Source of the DNA: Candidatus Poseidoniales archaeon
GTDB taxonomy: Archaea; Thermoplasmatota; Poseidoniia; Poseidoniales; Thalassarchaeaceae
Assembly (NCBI GenBank): GCA_012964335.1
Contig: DTUF01000032.1
Span: 17,513 to 81,512 of the forward strand
Direction: 5' to 3'
Length of the DNA stretch: 64,000 nucleotides
Shown: positions 39,201-46,713 of the stretch, piece after piece
Numbering within the stretch: the stretch's first letter is position 1
Layout of the letters: each line of letters opens with the position of its first letter
Translations under genes and position numbers: made by a program
The notes under the pieces: model-generated
The model's input: the letters and a program-made list of their open reading frames with translations, nothing else
Database searches by the model: none
Told to the model about the DNA's origin: nothing

Positions 39201-42200
39201 CCGGCCTCTGAATCAACTCGAACTGGAATGGTGTAAGTCCCATTGGCTGGGCTACTTGCATTCACTGCCTGAGAAACTATTGGCCCTAGTCCTGATACAT
39301 TATCCCTCAAGATGTAGTTCACTCCATAAATACGGAGTTGGGTTAAATCAGTTGTATCAAATGAAATTGGGATTTGCTTCCAATCCCTTGTTGCGTTTGG
39401 CAACGGCATACCAACTTGAGCATTGATTGACTGAATGACTGCTGTGTTTAATGGCACCATAATTCCTAACCCATTTTCAATAGTTTGCTGATTAAGCAGT
39501 GATACTCCCGCTATTGAAAGGTTAACCTCAACCGACTGCTGATAAGTTTGCACGCCGACTACACCTCCAGTTACAATTGCGCCATTTGGAATTAGAAGAG
39601 ATATGAAATTCATGCCGTTCCATTGGGAATCAGTAGTTGCACTTCTTGAATTGGATAACATTAGAGAATCCTGCCATCCAAGTTGACCACGTCCATCATT
39701 TCCTTCAATGAATGCCCAATCAATTGACCCATCGTCACCAACATCTATTGAGACATTTAATCCCGGTTGAAGAATTCGGCCTGAAACTCTTAGTGAATTA
39801 ATCCAGCCCCCAGGCTGTAGGTCAAATTGAACACGATATGCCGTTAGAGGTATTGTCCTTTGAACTGTTTTATTTCCTAAGGACCCATAATTGAATGATA
39901 CTCCTCTCTCGTCTAGCAATGTCACAAGAACACCGGCGCCTACCCCTGATAACTCAAATACCTCCATTGGGCTATTCGCATAAATTAGAGGACCTGTGAC
40001 TGAATGGGTCGCTAATCCTGGATTTGTCAGGTTGCCTGATGTCTGATTCAAATCAAGGTATGGTGATATTACCCAACCATTTGATGCATCTCTTGCTGAG
40101 AAGATGTTTGTTCCTCCAACATACAATGCGTGAATCTTTGGTGTTAATTCCGGTTCAGTAGTTCCAATCTCTAATTTGATTCTCACCTTTTCACCAAGTG
40201 AACCGGGTAACGGAATTACTGGGAAACTAAGATTTCCCATTCCTAACAGAGTTGCACCATTTTCATCTATTAGTGAGCAGCGGACCCAAGTTCCATTCGG
40301 AACTGTGGCATCAACATCTATCGTTCCCAAACCATTTCTACTTGTATCAATTAAATCGCTTGTCCAAGTTCCCTGCTCTTCAAACCAGTCAACATAAAGT
40401 CCAACATCATCAAGATACCAACCATCCGCTTCCAATAGCGGATCTGAATAAAACGAAAATCGCAATTTTATTGCTTGGCCAGCATACTGACTAACATCAG
40501 CCTCCTTGGTAACCCATGATTTGTTATTACTAGGACCACGCTGTCCATAACAAGTAGGCTTTGAATTACTGCCATCCATTGCCCACAAATTGTAGATATC
40601 AGAATTCGGATTCTGATTCTGTTGGGTGTCATAGAAATCTGGTTCATTCTGGCCATAAGGAATCCAAGTACGACCATCGTCGGTTGAGATGTAAACAACA
40701 CCACCATCCCAACCAGGTTCAGCACAAACAAATTGGTTGAATGAAATTCGCGCATGGCTACCGACAGGAATTGCCAAAGCAGGGGATATCAAATGCGTCC
40801 AAGTATTCGGTTGATAGATATCTGAAAAGACAATACCTGCGTAATAAGAACCTGAATCTGGAGTATCTGGGCCGTACACCCATGTTGTGTTATGGGCACG
40901 GAATTCCCACCCATTGCCACGGTCTGTATCGATTACCCAGCCCTCAGGAAGGAGAGGTGAATTCTCAAAAGAGTCAGTTTGATAGGAAGGGCCATTTACA
41001 CCATGAGTGGTTAGATGTTGCCACTCGTCTAACCCTGAACCAATGTTTCCATGTGTAGCATTACCGTTATTGACATCGGTGAAATTTAGATAAAGATGTG
41101 TTGTTTGGTTACCCGTTGTGCCTGAAGATATTCGCACATCGTCAATAAACAATCCTTCTGGTGGGTCTAGAGTTGTACCACCAAAACCTGAACCGGGGAA
41201 TGAGTCTGTCTCAAGGTAGACGCGGATGTAAACAGAAGAGTTACCAGCGAGTGATTGCGGTAAAGGATGTGAAAGAGGTTTCCAACCTCTTGAATCATCA
41301 ACATATATTTGACCGCCAATAAGAACTCCAAAAGACGGCATCTGTGCGGAGAAGGAAGTCCATGTGAAATTGTTGAGTGACCATTCCCAGTTGAAATTGT
41401 CATAGATGTCCCCCTCCATATCAAAATCAACGGCATAGTCTAACATTATTGGGCCGCTTGCGTTTGAGAGATTGACTTCAAATGAAAGGAATGAATTAGC
41501 TCCGTCTGCATAGTAATTTGATAGATTACCATGGAACCAAGAACCGAACTCTGCTCCTGAATTGGTGAGGTTCACATTGTCAAGGAACATTCCTGGTCTT
41601 TGGACCGTTGAATTGACATCTGTCCAAACAACGAAACGGAAGCGCACATTGCTAGCATTAGCAATTCCTGGATAGTTATCAAGGTTGAATTTCCCTTGTT
41701 GCCAGCCGGTTGCATTAGGTGACGCCCACACTTCAAAATTTGAACCACCGCTACCGTTAGGAGCTGGTGCTGCAGAATTAATACGGTTATTGTAGCCCCC
41801 TTCAGGGGTTATATAATCCCAATTTGCACCACCATCAATACTCATCTCAACCCAAGCGCCATCAGCATTTCCGTTAACTTCGCTTGGCGTATACATATGC
41901 TGCCAATATGAAAAAGTAAGATTGAAATTATTGATTACATTTGGTACATAAAAATCTGGAGATTCCATCCAACTGTGAACTCCATTTGGAAGTGCCTGGT
42001 CGTCGGAAGTAGCGATGATGTAACGTCCAGTCACCCCTCCAATTGGAATCAAGCCACCACTGGATTCACGACCTGAACCATTAATTGGACCAGCAATCCC
42101 CAACATATCACTTATTTCCCAGACACTTGGTGTGCCACCATATTGCCAATTCTGAACTATCCGCTTCAAGGTTTCAAAGTCATTTATTCTACCAACCGAA

Positions 42201-42562
42201 TGGTTTGCATCAAGACTCAGTGCACCATCAAAGAAATCTGCGGTAGTTGAGTTCCAAAGACCCCAACTAAAATTGAGTTTACCATTAGCATCCTCAACCC
42301 ACTCAACACCGGTACCAAGGTCGGTCATACCATCCTCGCTGACCTCTAGCCAAGCATCAAGCACTTCTTCACCTTGAGGGACTTGGAAACCAGTAACAGT
42401 AACATTACCACCACCAGGAGGAGATGAAACAACACTTGGACCTGCCCACATAGTTTGGTTAGCGGAGACTAACGCCGTCATTGGCATGATGATGAGTAAC
42501 AAGGCAAGAAGATGGGCTCTCCTTGTATCTGAATTCCCCACCATGGCTCCACCTCTGCACAT
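36248..42562 (-). CDS. 2104-aa cell-surface glycoprotein (S-layer/adhesin candidate) with N-terminal signal, C-terminal TM anchor and Pro-rich acidic cytoplasmic tail
   Basis: Signal LLALLLIIMPMTALVSA. There are dozens of N-x-S/T sequons (NVT, NFS, NST, NHS, NGS, NLT ...) and Trp/Gly/Asn-rich beta-type sequence throughout. C-terminal TM helix FGLMILLISVVLMIVVAAL, followed by RRTEEEWDEMEDEEVPPPPPWAPDEWPEGAGPPPE...LLEEE. Confidence 0.85.
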   Translation of the reverse strand: MCRGGAMVGNSDTRRAHLLALLLIIMPMTALVSANQTMWAGPSVVSSPPGGGNVTVTGFQVPQGEEVLDAWLEVSEDGMTDLGTGVEWVEDANGKLNFSWGLWNSTTADFFDGALSLDANHSVGRINDFETLKRIVQNWQYGGTPSVWEISDMLGIAGPINGSGRESSGGLIPIGGVTGRYIIATSDDQALPNGVHSWMESPDFYVPNVINNFNLTFSYWQHMYTPSEVNGNADGAWVEMSIDGGANWDYITPEGGYNNRINSAAPAPNGSGGSNFEVWASPNATGWQQGKFNLDNYPGIANASNVRFRFVVWTDVNSTVQRPGMFLDNVNLTNSGAEFGSWFHGNLSNYYADGANSFLSFEVNLSNASGPIMLDYAVDFDMEGDIYDNFNWEWSLNNFTWTSFSAQMPSFGVLIGGQIYVDDSRGWKPLSHPLPQSLAGNSSVYIRVYLETDSFPGSGFGGTTLDPPEGLFIDDVRISSGTTGNQTTHLYLNFTDVNNGNATHGNIGSGLDEWQHLTTHGVNGPSYQTDSFENSPLLPEGWVIDTDRGNGWEFRAHNTTWVYGPDTPDSGSYYAGIVFSDIYQPNTWTHLISPALAIPVGSHARISFNQFVCAEPGWDGGVVYISTDDGRTWIPYGQNEPDFYDTQQNQNPNSDIYNLWAMDGSNSKPTCYGQRGPSNNKSWVTKEADVSQYAGQAIKLRFSFYSDPLLEADGWYLDDVGLYVDWFEEQGTWTSDLIDTSRNGLGTIDVDATVPNGTWVRCSLIDENGATLLGMGNLSFPVIPLPGSLGEKVRIKLEIGTTEPELTPKIHALYVGGTNIFSARDASNGWVISPYLDLNQTSGNLTNPGLATHSVTGPLIYANSPMEVFELSGVGAGVLVTLLDERGVSFNYGSLGNKTVQRTIPLTAYRVQFDLQPGGWINSLRVSGRILQPGLNVSIDVGDDGSIDWAFIEGNDGRGQLGWQDSLMLSNSRSATTDSQWNGMNFISLLIPNGAIVTGGVVGVQTYQQSVEVNLSIAGVSLLNQQTIENGLGIMVPLNTAVIQSINAQVGMPLPNATRDWKQIPISFDTTDLTQLRIYGVNYILRDNVSGLGPIVSQAVNASSPANGTYTIPVRVDSEAGGIGLWGGVEHAPLLVNEVVSVPETWLPDRPTIITTELTHLYARERLSSANLTLTAPSGDLISFSISDLSSTPTFTQISGGGQVSFDTTTTTISPIERGWQIEWHLQTEWSWDDVDWLDVAADSWAVSGANLADDVVRIGVGSKAVENDMEIDAWEVRNQDDNLLSTRGSPAYPFEIAAGSIVEVSGKVRFEDSTMRPSNDNFQVTIQSEHINGTSQVVASSGPNGQWNASVVLGQASGEVNLTAWILRPGPNGVSLSGATDVTNDRTPVTLIIDSNPPTLGPLLAYTPSGPRPADGNVWPEDRLLPLSVEISEIEALGGPLLLHSWREGIDDVDRDGEADEWEYSIMREITPMKANGTVRIDFPSLELVTNGELGKVSLYITGTDLAGHPVLNGGGPGIDNDMATLVTQDDLPTSISQPSMSLDRWGDNLLVGQIHEFSFSLTDDNGIGSIDNILIALAPGDSRGDIWLDPLSRELSVNDNSPINPVGLVIDDLAAGSYKVKIQFRLGVGSPQSWNTSTQKPSVIVTEHGQVLELGSNSLSHLAWSVDGRVNLMLVSADDLSPPSSELIGSTLYLQPDDRFNFSGQLQHPANGLNVILDGDWQVNFSMDDNQNDAKNWYIQLSDSSSFIATSDIPQARWNRGSATVQAIIVGGVQTIPITDMKLHIVIDSTPPTLDFPVTTLSTINSNQMMQQLVTVRVNEAGGMGQSPLELHWSFRRHGVEISYMHGVSQLPLATEAEGLWTYSTRIDFDVNPDRLLPEDDLVIWIVGADLAGHSLVGIGTEGNSRMTQLRVIFFQPVISELTVNPYQPTIDSVFTIDGRVSNEGNDMGVVKVGLWAWQSTGSGGRYHILNETNLTLLPQQHAFFTFTVEAWTVGDLQLYIAINDDNTNLTSVPVGLVREQSTGEIFWQTLDSPAAFGLMILLISVVLMIVVAALRRTEEEWDEMEDEEVPPPPPWAPDEWPEGAGPPPEILTQSSSLLEEE

Positions 42563-42686
42563 AACTGGGTGTGCTCACTTCGTTTGAACTCTCTCTAACC
42601 GTGACTGAGTTATCGGAATTATGGGGTGATTTTGAGTGAAGCATTCTTAGGATGCCTTCTAACAGAGGAAAATCGGGCGAGTTGAA

Positions 42687-43643
42687 ATGAGGGGGGAGGG
42701 GTCTGAAGTTACGCGAGTTAGCGCAGCACAATTGCAGGCAATTGAGAACCAATTGTTCAGTTTAGTGCGGCAACAAGCCAAACAAAATCACCCAATAGAA
42801 CTGCCTCGCCCTGATTTTTGGCCCCAAGTATCAACTCTGCTTGCAAACATCGATATTGAACTGGCAGATGTTGGAAAATCTGAAGGATGGAGTGTGAAAG
42901 CACAAAACCTCAGCCGACGACAAGGGAATGTCAGAAGAGCTGTTGCAGATTTAACTCAACACAGGTTGACTGCATTCGTCAGACATGCATCTACGAATAA
43001 TCTAGCATCAGCCCCTTATGGAGATGTTCTAGGAGAAACAAAGAGCGCACTATCTCCCCTTGACTGGCAGAGGCATGACGCTGCGGAGAGGGCGTTTTAC
43101 GAGGGTTTGAATGAACTAATTGAGAAGTACAAGCACCATGTTTCATGGAATGTCTTGCAAAAAGGATTGGTTGGGGAAACTGAGCAAGACCCTATCGTTG
43201 AGCGAGGTACAATACAGTTAGACTCGTTTGTCAAGGATGATGGAGGGATTACAGGACAAGGACCGCCGAAAGTAGTGGTCAAAAAAGTTGAATCCGAACC
43301 ATATGAAGACCCTGACGATGATGATGAACAGAGAATTGCCAAAATGAATGCCTACCCTACCTCTGGGATGGTAAAGCCAGACATTACAAGTTCGGGAGAA
43401 TCTGATTCTGAAGAAGGTGTATCGCTTGAAGGAAGTGGGGATTCAACTGATGTTACTAGTCAATCCACTGGGGCTGATGAAGGAATGATTCGTATCAAGA
43501 TGTTAACTGACTTACCAACGGCAATTATGGATACTGCTGGCAACGAGTTAGAACTGATGCAAGGTGATGTTGAGTTTTGCGAAGCTGACTTTGCATCAGG
43601 TTTGATTGCAGCAGGATTCGCAGAAGATGCATCTATTGCTTAA
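42687..43643 (+). CDS. possible GINS subunit (Gins51/Gins15-like) with a long acidic linker
   Basis: The pattern matches archaeal Gins51: an N-terminal helical A-domain (QLQAIENQLFSLV..., VADLTQHRLTAFVRHA, ERAFYEGLNELIEKYK) and a C-terminal B-domain-like MIRIKMLTDLPTAIMDTAGNELELMQGDVEFCEADFASGLIAAGFAEDASI. This is weak, by-eye pattern matching only. Confidence 0.45.
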   Translation: MRGEGSEVTRVSAAQLQAIENQLFSLVRQQAKQNHPIELPRPDFWPQVSTLLANIDIELADVGKSEGWSVKAQNLSRRQGNVRRAVADLTQHRLTAFVRHASTNNLASAPYGDVLGETKSALSPLDWQRHDAAERAFYEGLNELIEKYKHHVSWNVLQKGLVGETEQDPIVERGTIQLDSFVKDDGGITGQGPPKVVVKKVESEPYEDPDDDDEQRIAKMNAYPTSGMVKPDITSSGESDSEEGVSLEGSGDSTDVTSQSTGADEGMIRIKMLTDLPTAIMDTAGNELELMQGDVEFCEADFASGLIAAGFAEDASIA

Positions 43644-43650
43644 GATGAAT

Positions 43651-43983
43651 CTAGTTGATATTGCGCAGAGTAATTTCAATGGTCACAGTGTCTGGAATTT
43701 CCAAACCGTGGACAACTCGTGCAAGAACTGCTTCATCCTTAGTTGAGTTAATCTCTAATTCAATTAAACGCTTGTGAACTCGCATCTCCCAGTGATCCCA
43801 GGTTTCGCAACCTTCACCATCAGGTGCTTTGCGACATGGAACTACCAAGCGACGGGTTGGAAGCGGTATTGGGCCTCTCATTGCCACGCCGGTTTGTTCT
43901 GAAATTTGCTTGATACCATTACACAAATTATCAACATCAACATGGTTCATACCAGTGACTTTGATTGCTGTGATGCTTGCCAT
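43651..43983 (-). CDS. rps10: 30S ribosomal protein S10
   Basis: IKVTGMNHVDVDNLCNGIKQISEQTGVAMRGPIPLPTRRLVVPCRKAPDGEG...WEMRVHKRLIEL. It lies directly downstream of tuf, the canonical archaeal tuf-rps10 pair. Confidence 0.93.
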   Translation of the reverse strand: MASITAIKVTGMNHVDVDNLCNGIKQISEQTGVAMRGPIPLPTRRLVVPCRKAPDGEGCETWDHWEMRVHKRLIELEINSTKDEAVLARVVHGLEIPDTVTIEITLRNIN

Positions 43984-44035
43984 GAAGAAACCGACCTGTG
44001 AAACTAATTCTTAGTGCTCTCCATTAGTTAGAAAA

Positions 44036-45325
44036 TCACTTCTTCTCTATCTTCATGCACACGCCAGCAGCCACTGTCTTACCCATGTCACGAATAGCGA
44101 AGCGAGATAGTTCAGGGAATACTGATGCTTCCTCAATTGCCATTGGCTTGGTTGGTGCGAAACGTACTAGACATGCATCTCCAGTTACTAGGAAGTCTGG
44201 CTTAGCAGTCTTCTGGCCTTTGCTTGTCTTCTCAAGAAGTTCAGCGAAGCGGACAGCCACTTGTGCAGTGTGAGCGTGGAACACAGGTGTGTATCCAGCG
44301 CCGATTGCCTTTGGGATGTCCATCAACTGGATTTGACCAATGAAGGTCTCATCGTGGCGTACATATGAAGGAGGGTTGTCTGTGTATCCAGCAACGTCAC
44401 CACGGCGGATGTCGGTTGCTGATAGTCCACGGACGTTGAATCCAACGTTATCACCAGGTTGTGCCTTTTCAACAACTGTGTGGTGCATCTCGATTGACTT
44501 TACTTCAGCACTCTTCTCTGAAGGGTTGAACTGAACTGTCTTTCCAGCGTTTAGGGTACCTGTCTCAATCTTTCCGACTGGGACTGTTCCGATACCGCCG
44601 ATCTTGTAAACATCCTGAATTGGCAAGCGCAGTGGCTTGTCAATTGGCTTTGGTGGCAACTTCACTGAATCAATTGCTTCGAACAGAGTAGGTCCATTGT
44701 ACCAAGGAGTCTTGTCACTCTTGTTGTATACGTTATCACCTTCAATAGCACTGCATGGAATGAAAGGAATGTCATCAGACCTGAAACCTGCCATTTTTAG
44801 TAGTTCTTTGACTTCTTTAACAACGCTGTTGTACCTGTCTTCTGACCAATCAACACCAGATATATCCATCTTGTTGACGTTCACAATAAGTTCCTTGACA
44901 CCAAGAACCTTAGCTAAGAAAGCGTGTTCCTTGGTTTGTGCGTTGACACCATCGTTAGCTGCAACATTCAGAACTGCTGCATCTGCTTGGCTAGTACCGG
45001 TAATCATGTTCTTGACGAAATCACGGTGGCCAGGTGCATCGATGACTGTGAAGTAATAGTTAGGGGTGTAGAATTCTTTGTGTGCAACGTCAATGGTAAT
45101 ACCACGTTCGCGCTCTTCCTTCAAGCCATCCATAACGTAAGCGAAACCGAATCCCGCCTTTCCACGCTCTGCTGCTTCCTTCTCGAACTTCTCGATAACG
45201 TGAGCCTCGATGTGTCCGGTGTCTAGCATCAAACGACCTACTGTGGTCGATTTTCCGTGGTCAACGTGACCTACGAAAACGATGTTCAAGTGATCCTTGC
45301 TTTTGTCTTCCCATTGTGAACCCAT
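44036..45325 (-). CDS. tuf: translation elongation factor EF-1 alpha
   Basis: [38 protein letters not shown], and further colinear EF-1alpha sequence. I place the start at the ATG at 45325 ([12 protein letters not shown]), with GGAG about 10 nt upstream. Confidence 0.95.
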   Translation of the reverse strand: MGSQWEDKSKDHLNIVFVGHVDHGKSTTVGRLMLDTGHIEAHVIEKFEKEAAERGKAGFGFAYVMDGLKEERERGITIDVAHKEFYTPNYYFTVIDAPGHRDFVKNMITGTSQADAAVLNVAANDGVNAQTKEHAFLAKVLGVKELIVNVNKMDISGVDWSEDRYNSVVKEVKELLKMAGFRSDDIPFIPCSAIEGDNVYNKSDKTPWYNGPTLFEAIDSVKLPPKPIDKPLRLPIQDVYKIGGIGTVPVGKIETGTLNAGKTVQFNPSEKSAEVKSIEMHHTVVEKAQPGDNVGFNVRGLSATDIRRGDVAGYTDNPPSYVRHDETFIGQIQLMDIPKAIGAGYTPVFHAHTAQVAVRFAELLEKTSKGQKTAKPDFLVTGDACLVRFAPTKPMAIEEASVFPELSRFAIRDMGKTVAAGVCMKIEKK

Positions 45326-45396
45326 GCTAATTACACTCCTTTGAGTGACCCGCCGACAGACCATCCCTATTTGAACCACTCGCAGAATAACAGTTC

Positions 45397-45404
45397 TTTA
45401 AATA
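45397..45404 (-). promoter_or_regulatory. candidate TATA box for the tuf-rps10 operon
   Basis: The minus strand reads CTATTTAAAG about 75 nt upstream of the tuf ATG. It is the only strong A/T box in this short intergenic region. Confidence 0.35.
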
Positions 45405-45420
45405 GGGCCCTAAAAGGGCC
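45405..45420 (-). terminator. short hairpin GGCCC-TTTTA-GGGCC downstream of the PKD lipoprotein gene
   Basis: Perfect 5-bp GC stem with a T-rich loop, about 20 nt after the stop at 45439. Its function as a terminator is inferred. Confidence 0.3.
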
Positions 45421-45438
45421 ACTGAGACGCGAATGACC

Positions 45439-46605
45439 TCATTTATATTTGAGGATTATCTGAACTTCAATAATTTCCGCATTCTGCTGCTTCGTATTGA
45501 ACACTTGAACCAACCAACTTCCATCCAAATGAGTTCGGAAATCGCCAGTGCTAGATGTCATAGTCAAACAATAATTATCTTCAGAACAATCTGAATCGGT
45601 TTGCTGTTCATCTGAATTTGAACTACTATTGCGAACCTCTTCATCGGTTTCGTTATAGAAATAGAGGTCCATTCTATTGTCCTGCTCTGTGCCTGGGATA
45701 CCAGATCCTGGGTCCTCTTTCGGATATACAAGCCTAGTCTTGAACTGGTTCAATTTGTGAGAATTCTCAAAATCGTATGTTAGTGGAGCGGTAAATTCTT
45801 GGCGTGGATTGTCAGCAGAATTGTTACGCCCAATCTCCAAATTGCTCCAAATTGCCCGTGCATTAACGTAAACCCAAGTCTCCTCTGTTGAGACCATCCC
45901 TTGGTCATCTGTGACACTCAGACGTACTTTCCATTCACCGGGCGGGGTGGTCCAAGAATAGGATTCCCCATCAGCATCATCATCGTTGGTTTTGTCACCA
46001 TCTCCATCACTATCAATGTAGATGTTGAGGTCCCACTTCCATGAAACTAACCAAGATTCTGCGCTTCCAGCTTCGCTTTCACTTGCATCAAGAGTTAGAG
46101 TAGTTGATGGGTCCCAATCCCTAGTCCCTTCATCCATTGTGTCGTCACAAATCCACACGAGGATATAAGTCCCTGAACTAGAAGCGGGTTCGTCATCACA
46201 ATCATCGTCCTTTGCAGTAATGATTTCTGCGATTGGAACTGCAGCATCCTCTGAAAGAATATTCAGGGTCATAGTTTTCTCTGTTGCAAAATCTCCATCT
46301 GAGACTGATAATTTGACAGTATAATCTCCTTCTGAACTATACGTGTGAGATGTTGTGTCTCCTGTAGCCGTATTCGTGTCACCAAAATTCCACGAATATG
46401 TCAAATCGTCACTATCTGGGTCTGAAGATGCCGTTGCATCAAAATGAAGCAACATCCCTGCCTTCAAGGTGCCACTTTCTTGTAATGAAAAGGATGCAGA
46501 TGGTGCAGAATTAGAACTGAATGACTCTAAACAACCAGGAATTATCGCTGCAGCAAGCAATGTCAAAACGAGAACCATTGAACTAACGTTGTGTCTCTTC
46601 ATCAT
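45439..46605 (-). CDS. secreted lipoprotein with PKD domain
   Basis: Signal plus lipobox-like LLAAAIIPGC. PKD signature FDATASSDPDSDDLTYSWNFGDTNTATGDTTSHTYSSEGDYTVKLSVSDGD. An acidic Ca-binding-like DSDGDGDKTNDDDADGE is also present. Confidence 0.8.
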   Translation of the reverse strand: MMKRHNVSSMVLVLTLLAAAIIPGCLESFSSNSAPSASFSLQESGTLKAGMLLHFDATASSDPDSDDLTYSWNFGDTNTATGDTTSHTYSSEGDYTVKLSVSDGDFATEKTMTLNILSEDAAVPIAEIITAKDDDCDDEPASSSGTYILVWICDDTMDEGTRDWDPSTTLTLDASESEAGSAESWLVSWKWDLNIYIDSDGDGDKTNDDDADGESYSWTTPPGEWKVRLSVTDDQGMVSTEETWVYVNARAIWSNLEIGRNNSADNPRQEFTAPLTYDFENSHKLNQFKTRLVYPKEDPGSGIPGTEQDNRMDLYFYNETDEEVRNSSSNSDEQQTDSDCSEDNYCLTMTSSTGDFRTHLDGSWLVQVFNTKQQNAEIIEVQIILKYK

Positions 46606-46713
46606 GTTATACCGCGTGGCGGCCTGCCATCAACCATTCGGTAATGCGTATAGCATACATTCGGTTTCTATTAGCACATTTCGCTACCCAAAATTAGGCT
46701 TGAGGGCAGGGTA

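Noticed and set aside
44637-45226. 139-aa and 100-aa plus-strand ORFs
   Set aside because: They lie antisense within the highly conserved EF-1alpha gene.
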